Below, piece by piece: positions 26,298 through 47,825 of a DNA stretch of 64,000 nucleotides; within the stretch, counting starts at the first letter, position 1, and each line of letters opens with the position of its first letter. This stretch comes from the human T2T-CHM13v2.0 reference genome, Homo sapiens: assembly GCF_009914755.1 (NCBI RefSeq), contig NC_060947.1; one strand, 5' to 3'. The notes beneath the pieces are model-generated. The model saw only the letters and a program-made list of their open reading frames with translations. It did no database searches and was not told the origin of the DNA. The position numbers were made by a program, and so were the translations under genes.

Positions 26298-26645
26298 CTG
26301 AGAAATGTCATCTTTTAGCTTGGGTACATTGTTATCTCAAATTACGAAGGAAGAGCAGGGGATGAATATTGGTGTAGGCAACTGGCCACCTCTGCTCCTA
26401 GTCTCATAGAGAGTATGAGAACATTAAGCATGTGGGTGGAGAAGATTCAGTAGAGACCTTTTGGGGTCTAGTCCTGGTTCACACCCCTGTCGCTGGGGGT
26501 CGGGATGCCAACAGCTTCTATGTAGCTGTAGCTACCACCAGATAAGCTAGTTCAATTTTTTTCTCCTGGGAGCAGTGGATTGGGAGAGAGAAGGCTGGTT
26601 AGTCAGGACAGGGCTGGCTCCATGGGCAAGCGACCCGTGCAGTCA

Positions 26646-27367
<722 letters not shown>

Positions 27368-27855
27368 AATGTCTATGTTTTATGAGTAAAGTATGATGAG
27401 ACAACAAGGCATACACCAGAATCTTGCTGTTTCTGCTCATGCAGGGACCTACCTCCTGCTGCTTCCTGGCTCACCTCCCTGAGATGGGTCCACAGATGCC
27501 CACTCCCCAGTCCCTGGAGAGCCCTGGGCCCTGCCCAGACTCCCGCACGCCACCCTAGCCTTGGGACTGCTACTGCCCTCTGTCCCTGGCAGGGGCCTCG
27601 GTGCTAAAATTGGGAAGATCAGGGTCGTGGTCAGATATGTTTCATGGCATCTTGGGGTGGGACAAGGTGGTAGCCTTCCCTCCCCAGGCTGGCAAGGCCA
27701 CACACATTTGGCAGGGGCCTCTCCCCAACCTGTGCACCAGGTGCACAGTGTCCCAGCACGAAGGTTGTGATTTCTTGGAGGCTGCCTGACTGCCATAGAT
27801 TGGGGCAGTGGGCCTGGAAGAAGGGGAGATTGATTTCTTTGCCTGGGGCCCCGCT

Positions 27856-28035
27856 TATTTTATTTTGTTTTATTTTTTTGAGACAGGGTCTTGCTCTGTC
27901 TCCTAGGCTAGAGTGCAGTGGTGCTATCATAGCCCACTGCAACCTTGAACTCCTGGGCTCAAGTGATCTTCCCACCTCAGCCTCCTGAGTATCTGGCACT
28001 ACATGTACATGCCGTCATGCCTGGCTAATTAATAT

Positions 28036-28070
<35 letters not shown>

Positions 28071-28196
28071 TTTTTGTAGAGACAAGAGTCTCACTGTGTT
28101 GCCCAGGCTGGTCTCTAGCTCCTGGTTTCAAGTGACCCTCCTGCCTTGGCTTCCCAAAGTGCTAGATTACAGGCACGAGAGCCACAGTGTCTGGCT
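27856..28196 (-). mobile_element. AluJ with a (TATT)n expansion in the linker
   Basis: J-type diagnostics; tatt repeats at about 28033-28072. Confidence 0.85.
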
Positions 28197-28655
28197 GGTC
28201 CTGCATTTTAATTTTTTTCTGGGCTCTGCAGATTATGTAGTCTGTTCTGACCACAGAGCCATTGTGTTTGAGTCTGTGTATGCCAGGCCAGGGAAAGCCA
28301 GTCTGCAGAAAAGCAGGGAAAAATTAAGCCGAAGTGCAATAGAGCTCCTTCAGAAACATGTGGCTCCAGAGAGAGGGCAAACATAGGCTCCTGACACGAT
28401 TTCAGTGCCTGGGTCCTGGCCCTGGGAGGCCTGGCTGCACTTTTGCTCCTGTGTTCTTCCAGTCAGTTCCATTCTCTTCCTTGCACTACCATGAATGGAT
28501 TTCCCTGATTGCCAACTAAAAGTTTCCTAACCAAGACCAAAATAAAAAAGAAAGAGCTTGGCTTGCAGTTCCAGCCCTAACTTTGCCATTTAACTAGCTA
28601 TGTGACATTGGGCAAGTTAGTTATTCTCTCTGAGCCTTTGTTTCCTCAGCCTTAA

Positions 28656-29010
<355 letters not shown>

Positions 29011-29228
29011 CTTCTTGTTAATAGAAGGATTGAAGGCACAAAAACATGCAGGACATTTAGAGTGAAATGACTTCCTTCTCGCACTGTTTTCTCCATACTT
29101 AAATACTGTTTATTTGAATCTGGTTAACTCTAGTAGGTAGAATAGGGCTGCATAAGATGGGTGTCAGGTTTGAACACTGGACAGGCTTGCTTAGTGCATT
29201 TCTAGACTAAGGACTAAACCTATAAGGT

Positions 29229-29770
29229 GGATATTCCAATTATCTATTGCTGTCCAACGAACAATCCCAAAACTTGGTGGTTTACAGTAGCAACTATGTC
29301 AATATATCTCATGGTCTTATGGGTCAGGAATTGCATCAGGACAAAGATGGATGATTCTTCTGTTCCACATGGGGTAAACTGGAGTCACTCAGTGGTACTC
29401 AGGTGGTGAATGTGGTCTGGACGGGGCCAAATCAGCCTCATGTACATGTGTGCTGCTTTGGTGGGGAAGGCTGGAAGTCTGGGCCCAGCTGGAACTGTAG
29501 AATGTGGTGCCCTTCCGTAGCTTCTCCAGCATGGTGATCTTAGGGTAGCAGCACATCTTCCATGGTGGCCCAATTTTGCAGAGCGAACCAAAAGACCAAG
29601 ACAGAAGCTAGCCTTACACATCATGCAGTATTACTTCTGTTGATTCAATTAGTTACAAAAGAGTCACAAGCCCACCCAGATTTAAAATCAAGGCATTATA
29701 CAAGGGTGTGAATACCAACAGGCATGGGTCTTTGGTGAAGGGGCATCTTTGGAGACTGGCTATCACAGTG
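29229..29770 (-). mobile_element. Old MLT1-type LTR
   Basis: tatctattgctg...cccaaaacttggtggttta...gggtcaggaatt. Confidence 0.6.
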
Positions 29771-30261
29771 GACTGATCATTCATAAAATCTGTACCCTTA
29801 GTCCTGGGTGGCAAAGTGTGACTGTGGATGGGAGAGTTTGGATCCATTCCCATTCATCATCGTAAGGGTTCCAACAAATCCTGAGTGAGGACCAGGAGAT
29901 GGAAAGACTCTGGGGAACATCAGCCTCTGCAGAGTATCTGAGAGCTAAGCGCCTGGGCTTTGGATGTTAAACCTTAGTCCTGGTTCAAAACCAGCCTCTT
30001 GGGCTCTTGAACTTATGAAAAGTCTCAGATTCCTATGAGGGAGTTACTATAATTATCCCTGTTTTCTATAAGAGGAAGCTTAATTAAATTGCCCAGAGTC
30101 ACAGCTAGAAGATGGTACAGCTGGAATTTGAAACCAGATATTTTAACACCAAAGCAGTGGACATTTTACGGTTTACAGTTTAAGTAACTTTTCTGAGGTC
30201 ATGGTAAAAGCGCTTAGCAAACTTAGAAGGGAATGGAAATTCCTACGTCTGATAGGAGTAT

Positions 30262-30540
30262 GTATAAGCAAAACTTGCAACAAACAGTATATTTAATGGT
30301 AAAATATTGAAAAATTTCCCCCTGAGATCAGGAACTAGACAAGAATGCTTGCTATCACTACTTCTATTCATGATTATACTAGCGGTCATAGCCACTGCAA
30401 TAAAGCAAGAAAAAGAAATAAAAGGCCTCCAGATTGGAAAGGAAGATATGAAAGCGTCATTATTTGCAGATGGCATGGTTGTGCACACAGAAAATACCAA
30501 AGAACCTACAATTCAACTATTAGAATAAATGAATTCATTC
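30262..30540 (+). mobile_element. Old LINE-1 ORF2 reverse-transcriptase fragment
   Basis: ORF 30307-30528 [18 protein letters not shown]...[22 protein letters not shown] matches the L1 RT core; catalytic FADD is degraded to FADG. Confidence 0.9.
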
Positions 30541-31088
30541 TGAATAGCATTTTTGTCAGGAAAAATCATTTATGAATTCATCAATGTCACTGAATTTAAT
30601 GTAGAGGATCTATTGTGAGGATTCAATGAGAAATTTATATCAGATACTAAACCCTTACCTACTTGCTCCTCACAACCACCTCTCTTTGGCCTGTGATACT
30701 GGTCACACTTCTTCCCTGACATCCTCTTTTCTCTGGCTTCCTTGACACTATTCTCCTTGTGTCCTGTCCTCATCACCCTCCAGATTCCTTTCCCAGTCTC
30801 CTGTTCAGGTGTCTGCTCCCACAGTGTCAGGCATGCTTAGGGTTCGGTCCACAAGCAGTGCTGTGTCAAGCACAGCTCCATCATGTTCTGTGTGGATAGC
30901 ACCTCCTGTGGTTGTCTGACACCTTCATCATTTCTTCCTTGGACTCTCACTGACCTAGTCTTCAGCTCTCCTACCTCCAGTCTTGTTCCCTTTGCATCCA
31001 TCTGTCACACAGCCCCCAGGGTGAGCTTCCTAAAATGCACAGCTGATCTTGCCATCCTTTCCCTGTTTAAATTCTTTCAAGACCTTGA

Positions 31089-32087
<999 letters not shown>

Positions 32088-32364
32088 CCATGCCTGTCTT
32101 AATTTGGGTACCTCTACAAGCTGATTCTGAGCCAAGGGTTTTTGAGCATAAGTAAGATGATCCCAGGAATCACAGTGAGGGCATGGGAATTGAGACAGGG
32201 CAGGGAGGAAGGCCAGTAAAGGGTGCATTCGTGAACAGGTTACCTATATGGGCAATTGGGGTTCAATCCTGCCGGTGACCTTCTGGGGTCCTGTGTAGCA
32301 CATCCTTTAGGACTGTCCCAGCAAGGGGTGAGGAAGCAGGAGTATTTATCCACCAACTCCCACA

Positions 32365-32561
32365 CAGGGGTGTGCTAGTAAACCAGCTTTCTGGTAGAAT
32401 TTAAAAAGTCCCAATTTGTAGTGTTTGCCGATTGTCATGGTATAAATATTCCTACTAGGGCTGATTCCAGGCTCTCAGTTTTAGCAGTTGGCTGGCAAAT
32501 TTTCCAAATATTTAACAATCCGGCTCTCCAGAGCTAGTACTGCTGCCCCAGCACACCACTG
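32365..32561. mobile_element. MER63-like hAT DNA element inside an LTR16-like relic
   Basis: Terminal inverted repeats caggggtgtgctag and ccagcacaccactg; internal tttgtagtgtttgccgatt. Confidence 0.65.
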
Positions 32562-32813
32562 CCCTCATTCCTCATGAGTTAAGGGTTATCTCTGGGAAGC
32601 TGAGCACTTAGGATCTGCCCCCACACACAGTGTCTAGCTGAGCATGCTTCTGAGCCAAGAGAACATCCTCAGGTGGAGTGGCAGGAAGTCCTCATTGTAC
32701 TTGGGAAGTCTTTCCAAGTGGCTTCCAGAGTGGATGGAGGGAAATGGGTGGGCACCATGGATCGCTTCAAGGGCTTTGCACAGGCTATTCACTCTGCTTG
32801 GAATGCCTGCTCC

Positions 32814-33455
<642 letters not shown>

Positions 33456-34803
33456 TAATCCCCTTGCCGATCTCCTGCTTATCCTTTGATCCTCAGTTAC
33501 AGTGTCATCACCTCTGTGAAGCCCTCCTGGAGTTCCTGCTTGTCCTTTCTCTCATTACAGCACAAAATCATGCTCTCAGCTTGTCAGCTGTTACCCATCT
33601 TTCTCTTCCACTAGATTGCAAGCTGCTGAGGCCAGGGATAATGTCTATTACTTTCTGTACCAGGAACCTTGTCCTATAATCTTCTGTATCCTCGGTGTTT
33701 AACCCAGTGTAGCTACTTAATAAGTAGATAAGCGGCCCCACCCCACCATGGCACACAGTAATGGTTGAGTCAAATGAGCATTCTTCCTCCCCACTCCGCA
33801 TTTACAGATCTGCTTCTCAATCCATCAACTGGTCTCGCTACAGCTTTATTGCTTATTCCCATCCATTTCCAAAGAGGACTTTAGGCAGCAAGCAGGTGCT
33901 TCCCTTCTCATGAAGGTGTGAGCGACCATATTTTCTGAAGCAATGATCAAGACACGTGATCTGACACATGTTCCAACACATGGTCTGACAATGGGACAGA
34001 ATATTTTAAATCCCCACCGTCTCGACAAATCTGGGCTGCGTGGCTCTGTGTAGAAGAGAGCCAGGAGCCACGGCCTCGTAATACACACCCAGAGCAGGCA
34101 GGAGTTCTGTTTTAAAGACCTCTGTGATTTTAAGAGCGGCATGTGAAGAGAGCTGAAGAGAGAGGTTGATTTCTGCAGCTCTCTAGCTGTAGTGATCATA
34201 CGGAGCAGGGAAAAATTTGTGGTAGAAACAAGCTCTCATTAAGACCATATGCTCTCTTACTAATCGATGGCTCTTAGAAGTAATTCCCCGACATTTCGTT
34301 CATTTTTACTGCCTCCCCTTCAGGGGCAGGAAGAACAGCATTGTTAGCCTGCATTTATAGATGAGGGTATTTAGAAACAGAGAGGTTAAATGGCTCAGCC
34401 CCAGTCACAGAGTGAATCAGAGACACAGGCAGCCTCGAATCCAGAATTCCAACTTGAGCTTCTGTGCCAAGATCCCTCGGGGCACATTTCCTCTCTAATT
34501 TGCATAAATCATCAACATTTTTTTCCAAGCTTGTGCTGAGAAAGCCCCTTTTCAAACAGCGGAAACTCCCTTTGCCTTCTGTCGCCTTAGTTTTATTTTA
34601 TGAACCAAATTCTTTTACTTCAACACGTAGACTTGCTATTTTCTCTTCCAATGAGGCCTTTTCAAAAGAGGTCGTGACCTTTGCTTATAGATGCAATGGA
34701 AACGGGTGAACCCAAATGAAATAAAATAGATGATCTAGAGACCATATAAAGTGTAATTTCAACTAATGTTCAAAATACCATGCAGTTGATTATAAATCTT
34801 AGA

Positions 34804-34865
34804 TCCTGGCAGGTTATCAGAAAAATAAGAATGGCTAAATGCCGCTACCAGTGTTTGAACCCTGT
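34804..34865 (+). repeat. 62-bp dispersed direct repeat, copy 1
   Basis: Matches 36190-36251 with 4 substitutions. Confidence 0.9.
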
Positions 34866-35372
34866 TGGGTGTAAGACACACCTCTGATTTGGGGAGCAGA
34901 TTCATGGGATTAGAAATGAGAAACTGGACATCCCAGAGCTACACAAGTTTTGAGAAATTTCAGTTTGGAAATATGTATGGACTCATACCTGAGATTGACG
35001 ATATGTGAACCGGGGCTTTTAATCACCAGCATAATCACACCATTAGTCCAGATTGTTTCACATATTTAAAAAATTCTTAGCGCATGACCTCATGTGCCTG
35101 ATGGTCCTCGGGTGACTCTAGTATTAAGGTTTCTGGGCATGAACTGCAACTTCCTGGGATCCCAGGTCAGCACTTAGCATGATGCTGCTGATTTAGGAAT
35201 AGTAATAATCCTCTTGAGAGTAAAAACATATGCAATGTGCTTGGGAAAAACTTCCCTTCCCTGTCAAATATGTTAGAGAATCAAAATAATTTATGGCTCG
35301 TCTGTTAAACCATTAGAAAAAAAGGAATTCTATCTATTTAAAATCTTTGGTAAAATACAATTCCGCATGTAG

Positions 35373-35774
<402 letters not shown>

Positions 35775-36189
35775 TAACAAAAGTTTTAAACACACCAAAA
35801 CTCAGTGACTTCAAGCTTGGATTTCATGCTCCTTGATGTGAAGGTCAGCTGGGGTTCCGTTGCTCTCAGCTGAGTTTGGCTGCACTCTGTGGCTTGAGTC
35901 CACATCTTCTCCACGTGTTCCATCCTTCGCCTTGGATCAGCAGCTTCCTGGACCATTCTTTTCTTCTGGAAGATCAATGGAAAGCAAAAAGGAGGCCAAA
36001 CTGTGCAAGCATATGTATAGCCTGTGCTGGTAATGCACCTACTCATGTTCCATCGGGTAGAGCAAGTCACTCAGTCAAGCCCAAAGTCAATGGGTCAGGG
36101 AGACACACCAAGAGGGAGGGGAGGAGGAGTGAATATTTGTTGAACGATACTCCAGTCACCTGTAATTATCATCCCTAATAGCCTGTGGC

Positions 36190-36248
36190 TCCTGGCTGGT
36201 TATCAGAGAAATAAGAATGGCTATATGCTGCTACCAGTGTTTGAACCC

Positions 36249-36251
<3 letters not shown>
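36190..36251 (+). repeat. 62-bp dispersed direct repeat, copy 2
   Basis: Matches 34804-34865. Confidence 0.9.
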
Positions 36252-36948
<697 letters not shown>

Positions 36949-37329
36949 TAGGGCTGTATCTTACTCATTGCGCTGTCTCCTTCCCCAGTTCTTAGCACAT
37001 TACCTTGTTATATATTTCCTTTCTATTTGTTGAATGAATGAATGAATTAAATCTTCTCAGTTTCAAAATCAACAATTATTTTTTCAGTCAGAACTCATGA
37101 TTGCAAGTGTTAGAAACCCACCTAAGCTTGTTTAAGCAAAAAACAAATCTTTTGGGTCAGATGATTGGGAATGTTCTGGGGTAGCTTCTAAAATCTGAGG
37201 AATGAGTCTGGGAGCCGGGGCCTCAGGTATTGGCACAGGGGACCACACACCTGCCAGATCCTCTCTCCATACCCTCTCCCTGAGGCAGTTGGCCTTGTTC
37301 TTGCAGAGGACGTGGCTACCAAGAGAATG

Positions 37330-37910
37330 GCAGATTGCATTTTCCAAAGATGACAGCAAGAGGCTCCCCCATATCCCAGATGCTCATCTTACAATGTGAC
37401 TTGGACACTCCAAGTCACATTGTGGGGTCTGTGTTCTCTGCCCTTGAAACTGGGTGGGCCCGTGACTACAGTGGAAGTGACACCATGTGACTTTCAAGGC
37501 TAAGTGATAAAGGATGAAACAGCTTCTGCTTTGTCTGCTGGAGTGTTGCCTTTGGCATCCTGGCTGCCAAATCTGAGGTTGCCATGCTGTGAGGAATCCC
37601 AGGCCACATGGAGAGGCCACATGAAAGTGTTCTGGCCCAGAGCCCCAGCTGAGGCCCCAGCTAGCAGCCAGCATCAACCACCACATGTGAGTGAAGAAGC
37701 CTCTAGATGATTCCAGCCCTTGGTCAGCCAATCACTCTTGGCCTTCAACTCCTCCCTGCAGAGGCCCCAGATATTAGGGAGCAGACACAAGCCTTCCTTG
37801 TGTGCCCTGTAAGGCTTCCTGACCCTTACAGAATCTGGGAGCATGACAAAATGGTTGTTTGATGCTGCTGTGCTTTGACATAATTTGTTACATGACAATG
37901 GTAAGTGGAA
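37330..37910 (+). mobile_element. MLT1 (F/G-like) LTR
   Basis: gccatgctgtgaggaatcccaggccacatggagaggccacatg...ccagctgaggccccagc. Confidence 0.65.
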
Positions 37911-37928
37911 TAAAGAGCCCAGGATGTT

Positions 37929-38693
<765 letters not shown>

Positions 38694-39059
38694 TCATGAG
38701 GGGTTAGATGGGGATGTCATTACTGCCAGCCACACCAGAGCCCCATGGCTGGACTTACTCCCCAAGGGCGATGGAGGTGGTATCAAAAGAAGGGGTATGA
38801 TATTCTGTGCAGGCTAAAATAATAGCTACAGTCTATCACCTCTACTTTATTTGGTAACGTTTTCAATTGTTTATTTGGAGGTTTAAGATGGTTTTCTGTA
38901 AAAGAAGACTGGAGACCAGGTTCCATTACCCACAAGCCGTGTCACTTTGGAAAAGTTACTTTGCCATCCCTAGCCCAATAACGATATTTTTTATACCTGT
39001 TTGGCAAGTTGTTAAGAGCTCGTTAGAAACACTTTTTATTTTAGTTGAAAATCACATTG

Positions 39060-39357
39060 TCCTAAGTGAATTAACGCAGGAACACAAAAACAAATACTGC
39101 ATGTTCTCACTTATAAGTGGGAGCTAAATATCGGGTATTCATGGACATGAAGGCAACAATAGACACTGGGGACTACTAGCGCGGGGAGGGAGGGAGAGGC
39201 ACAAGAGTTGAAAAACTAACTAACTGTTGGGTACTATGCTCACTCCCTGGATGATGGGATCATTCATACCCCAAACCTCAGCATCGTGCAGTATACCCAG
39301 GTAACAAGCCTGCACGTGTACCCCCTGAATCTAAAATAAAAGTTGAAAAAGAAAAAA
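39060..39357 (+). mobile_element. 5'-truncated L1 3' end (L1PB/old L1PA-like) with TSD AAAATCACATTG
   Basis: atgttctcacttataagtgggagctaaa...cctgcacgtgtaccccctgaatctaaaataaaagttg plus an A tail. Confidence 0.88.
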
Positions 39358-39520
39358 ATCACATTGCATCAGCCACCACTTGGAAGCAGGGACTTCAAAG
39401 TCCTACTGAAGTGTCCACATTGCTGTATGCATTAATTTCCACATGGCTGCCATCTTCCCTTTTCCACCCCAAATACACAGGCATACACATTAGTCACATA
39501 TGTGCACATGCAATTATTAA

Positions 39521-40602
<1,082 letters not shown>

Positions 40603-40635
40603 CCTAGAGATATTTTTCAGGCCAATATTTTCTAC

Positions 40636-40845
40636 CAGGTATTGGCAAACTTTTTCTGCAAAGGTTCAGAGAATAACTATTTTAGGCTTTGCAGGCCATA
40701 TGGTTTCTGTGGCAACTATTCAACTCTGCTGCTGTAGGGCAGCCACAGATAATATATAAAATAATGAGTGGGGCTATTTTTCAATAAAACTTTATTTACA
40801 AAAACAGGCAGCTGGCCAGATCTGGCACACAGGCTGTAGATTGCT
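40636..40845 (+). mobile_element. MER58A-like hAT-Charlie element
   Basis: ttggcaaactttt...ttttaggctttgcaggccata...aataaaactttatttacaaaaacaggc. Confidence 0.8.
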
Positions 40846-41294
40846 ATAGAATCTACAGCGGTGCTGTCCAACAGAAATATAATGCAAGCCACTTTTGTAG
40901 CTGCAGGGAGAGGAGATGTCTCCCCAGCATCATTCCCCTGCATTCAGTAGAACCACCTCCCCTAGTACAGAAGAAAGCAACCAGGCAGAGCATCAGAGAG
41001 AGGTAGGTGCTTGAGGCAGCAAGTTGTCAGAGTACAGCAAATTGTCCATCACAGCTGCAGGCAGACTCAAGTAGGCCAAGGGCATAAGGGACAGGGCATC
41101 AATAGTATCTGCCTCAGGTAGCAAACCTGAGAATGAAGCCTGAGCCTTGGAAGGTAGAGCAGTGAAATGAGGAGGTATGAGGGCATTGGGGATTTTATGA
41201 TGTCGCTGGATCAAGGCTTGCCCGAAGTGAGATATACCTCTGGACTTTTCGGTCATGTGAACCAGTCCATCCTCCAATCAATATTTAAGCCAGG

Positions 41295-41990
<696 letters not shown>

Positions 41991-42729
41991 AATCAATATT
42001 TTAAAAATTAAAAAAATTAAAATAAGGTTGGAGCAGTCCTCCCACAGTCATTTAGCTGTCCTAAAACCACTTTCATCCACCCTGACTTGGATCTGTAGCC
42101 CAGCCCACTGTTCAAGTCCTCTGAGGTTTCCCTCTCTCCCATGCTCCTTGGGAAGGTGGCATTTTGTCGTGTGGGTAAAGGAAGACTTACATAATTCTGA
42201 ATTACACAGGATGACACTCAGTTGCCTGTACATGAAACCCAACAACTGTGGTGGCTTAACTGGACTTAATCATATAGTCTCAGGCAATGAGAAGTCAGGC
42301 TAATACAGTCCAGGTCTGGAATGGTGGTCCACGAAGGCCAAGAAGGAGCCAGGGTCTTTCTGTCTTTCCCTTCCTCCAGCCTTAGCAGTGGCTGCCGTAT
42401 TTCCAGCCCCAGGCCCTTGCTCCAGCAAGAGGAGAAAGTGACAGAAGAGGCGGTGCCAGCTGATTTCTGCCTGTGTCCCATTGGCTAGAAAAGAGTCACG
42501 TGGTCACTCCTGCTGCACAGATGTCTGGGAAAGTGGGTTATTAGCTTTAGAATCTTGCCCTAGAGGACCTTCAGTGAGAGAATAGTTGAAACGAATGTTT
42601 AGGGAGCCATCCTACCACACTTAACTCCAGTCTCTTTTGCATTGATGGTGTGGACTCTGTTTACATTTTGCTTCAGCCAACACGCTGAGCCTTCCAGTAA
42701 CCAGACTACCATGTGCAAGTCAGGGTGGC

Positions 42730-44208
42730 TTTTTGTTTTTTGTTTGTTTTTTCTGACACAGGGTCTTGCTCTGTTGCCCATGCTGCAGTGCAGTGGGGCA
42801 ATCATGGCTCACTGCAACCTCAATCTCCCAGGCTCAAGTGATCCTCCTGCCTCAGCCTCCTGAGTAGCTGGGACTACAGGCATGCACCACCATGCCTGGC
42901 TGATTTTTTATATTTTTAGTGGAAATGAGGTCTTGCTTTTTTGCCCAGGCTGGTCTCAAACTCCTGAGCTCGAGCAATCCTCCTACCTTGGCCTCCGCAA
43001 GTACTGAGATTACAGGCGTGAGCTGCGCTACTGGGCCTGGTTTTTGTTTTTTGTTTGTTTGCTTTTGAGACGGGGATTTGCTCTGTCACCCAGGCTGGAG
43101 TGCAGTGGGGCGATCTTGGCTCAGTGCAGCCTTGAGCTACCAGACTCAAACGATCCTCCTACCTCCAGCCTCCCAAATAGCTGGGATTACAGACACACAC
43201 CACCATGCCTGGCTAATTTTTGTATACATTGTAGACATGGGGTTTTGCCATGTTGCCCAGGCTGGTCTCCAACACCTGCACTCAAGTGATCCACCTAGCT
43301 TGGCCTCCCAAAGTGCTGGGATTATAGTTGGGAGCCACCGTGCCTGACCTTTTTTTTTTTTTTTTTTTTTTTTTGAGACAGGCTCTCACTCTGTCACTCA
43401 GACTGGAGTGCAGTGGCTCAGTCTGGGCTCACTACAGCTACAGCCTCAACCTCCCAGGCTCAAGTGATTCTCCCACCTCAGCCTCCCCAGTAGCTGGGAT
43501 TACAGGTTTGTGCCACCAAGTGTGGCTAATTTTTTTTTTTTTTTTTAAAGACAGGGTCTCACTCTGTTGCCCAGGCTGGTCTTGAACTCCTGGACTCAAG
43601 GGATCCTCCCGCCTTGGCCTCCCAAAGTGTTAGGATTACAAGCGTGAGCCACCGCACCTGGCCCTTTAAGTTGAATTCATTTTGTTGTTTGATGGGGCAA
43701 GGGTGTGAAAGAAATTTCCGATTACATATAGAGGAGCTGAGAAATACTTCTTTTTTGTTTTTTTGAGAGACAGGTTTTGCTCTTGTTGCCCAGTGCAGTG
43801 ATGTGAACATAGCTCACTGTAACCTTGAATTCCTTCCTGGGCTCAAGCGATCCTCCTACGTCTCAGCCTCTCGAGTAGCTGGGACTACAGGTGTATGCCA
43901 TCATGCCCAGCCAAACTTCTTTTTTTTTTTTTTTTTTTGAGATGGAGTTTCGCTCTTGTTGCCCATGCTGGAGCTCGGCTCACTGCAACCTCCGCCTCCC
44001 AGGTTCAAGGAATTCTTGTGTCTCAGCCTCCCATGTAGTTGGGATTGCAGGTGTGTACCACCATGCCCAGCTAATTTTTTAAATTTTTAGTAGAGACAGG
44101 GTTTCACCATGTTGGTCAGGCTGGTCTCGAACTCCTGGCCCCAGGTGATCCACCCGCCTCAGCCTCCCAAAGTGCTGGGATTACAGGCGTGAGCCACCGT
44201 GCCTGGCC
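42730..44208 (-). mobile_element. Cluster of five antisense Alus (mostly J, one S)
   Basis: Consecutive poly-T plus Alu units. Confidence 0.87.
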
Positions 44209-45425
44209 TCAGACTTATTTTTAAAAAAACTTTTCGGGGAATTCAGGGAAGATCATATAGGTTTGACTGGTGAATCCTTAAGAACAGAAAGTGCTAAGCC
44301 ACCAACTTCTTTCCCTCACTGATGTAGACCATTGGGGAGTCTCTTAGATTCTACTGGTGGTGAGTGAGCCATCAGAAGCTAAACAATGACACCAAGCTTC
44401 CGGGTGGTGAAAATCTTATATTTTTTGAGGATTTTAGTGGTCACCAAACCCTTATCCCTCATGAAAAAGGCTTTTTGTTTTGGCTTCTTGCACTTTCTGG
44501 AACCCCCAGCATTCTCACCATTTCTCCTCCTGGTAGTTTATGGTGAAAAACAAAAACAAAAACAAAAAAACCCATCCCAACAAATTTCCTTTCCTGTTTG
44601 GCTTTCCAGAAAAAAGCCTAAGTGCTTGTATTATTTTCCACTTTTAATCACTGCTCGACGGAGATGGAAAGTTAAGTCATGTAATTGCTTTTGTGTTGTA
44701 TAGCTCTTTTCACTATTTTGGAAAAAAGAAATAGTTCAATGGATAAAATGTGGGTTTGCACCAAACCCCAAACATCACAAGCCTTAATGGCAACCATGTG
44801 TTATTCCTGAGAATATGCATCTAATTTATTTAAGAAAAAGAAGAAAAATACAGCACTGCTTAACTTGGACACAGAGTAAGCCAGAAAGTGCCAAAGACAT
44901 TTGGGGACAGATTCGCTGTTTCAGGTATCTCAAAGTAAAAAATAGGTTTTATGAACATTTGAGATGTAGATTGCAACAGGAATATTTGAGGCAAGATTGT
45001 CTTCCCAAAACTCTTGAGTCATAAAACATGTGTCTCAGGGTTGGAAGGCTGGAAATGCCTGGAGGCACAGCTGGCCCATCCTGCCGCCTTCTGCCTGGAT
45101 TGTCCACAAAGCGACGAGGCTGGCATGTGACCCTCTGAGCAGCTGCCAAGAAGAGGACACATAAACAGGTGGAGCTGCAGCAAGACTGTGCAGAAGAGGT
45201 CCAGTCCAGCCCCCGGCCCCCTGCACCTTCTTCCGATCTGTTGCAACCAGAGATTTCCTGCAGCCCTGGCCCTAGCAGTGCGCACCCTGGGAATGGCATG
45301 AGGATGGGGGCTCTTCATGGAGATCGAGTCTTGGCCCAACACTAATCCTTCCCCTGAGAAGCCTCAGTGGGCTAGGGGTAGTAGAGGAATTAACTTAGAT
45401 GCTCACTTGGTTCCTGGGCCTATGA

Positions 45426-46020
<595 letters not shown>

Positions 46021-46474
46021 AGGCCTGTGACTTTTGACCACTAAATCACAGTTTCCAACTGAAAATGCCCATGCAGAGCTAGCCTGGTGTGCCCCAATTT
46101 AGTGTTTGCACAGGGGCTCGAATCAGAGCTGTGTTTCCAAGTACCCCAGTCTCAAGTTGTAAAGTGGCTAGGAATTTTTGCTTGGTCACAAACTCTGGTG
46201 TGCAAAGAGCAATGCTCTCTATTTTCCTGAAACTAAACTTGGCTCTTGAGTCCCCATTTCCACTGATGATGGAAGAGGTAAGCGTGCCAATTCTAACCAA
46301 CTCAAGTACTGCCAGTTTAAAGGCAGTCCCTTCCAGAGTAAATGGGATTCTCACTTGTCCTCCACCTCCTCCTTCCCTTCTCCCCTGGGGCAATCAAAAG
46401 CTGAGCCCTGGTTCTGGCATGAGGAAGGGACTCACCTGCCCCCACCGGTACTCACTGACTTCTGCCTGCCCAAG

Positions 46475-47015
46475 TATCTATCTCCAGCTGCATCCCAAAC
46501 CACCCCAAAACTTAGCAGCTTAAAACGAACACAACAGTGATTTTTCTCATACAATCTGTCATTTGAGCAGGGCTTGGTGGGGACAGCTATCTCTGCTCCA
46601 CGTAGTGTCAGCTGGGGTGGTTCGAAGGGTGGGTGCTGGGATCATCTGAGGGCTCTGACAATTGATGCTACTGTCATCTGTGACCTCCTCTGGGGCTGTC
46701 AGCTGGGACACATGGCCTCTGCTTGTGGCCTGGGCTTCCTCATAGCATGGCAGCTGAGTTCTAAGGGTCAGTGGACAGAGACAGAATGGAGACAGCCAGG
46801 CAGAAACCAATTTGCCTTTCATGACCCAGTCCTCAGAAATCATGTGGTGTCACTTTTGTCACATTTGTTTGTCAAGGCAGTCACAAAGGCCTGCCCAGTT
46901 TCAAGGGGTGAGAGAAATAAGCCCCACCTCTTGAGGAGGGAGTGGCAAGGTTCTGGAGGAGGATGTGAGGTCATATACAGTGGCAAGGCCACTTTCAGAA
47001 TACAATCTGCTACAA
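46475..47015 (-). mobile_element. MLT1-type LTR
   Basis: caaaccaccccaaaacttagcagcttaaaac...gcctgggcttcctcatagcatggcagctg. Confidence 0.7.
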
Positions 47016-47054
47016 CCTCTCTTCTCAGTGCATTCTTACCACTGACCTTTTTAG

Positions 47055-47765
<711 letters not shown>

Positions 47766-47825
47766 GACAGATATTTTTGGTGCTGCTGCCCCATCTCTTC
47801 GTCCCCCTTCCTGCCTTGACCGTGT

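Noticed and set aside
30307-30528. Reverse-transcriptase-like ORF as a novel RT system
   Set aside because: Isolated ~280-bp fossil of L1 ORF2 with the catalytic FADD mutated to FADG; not functional
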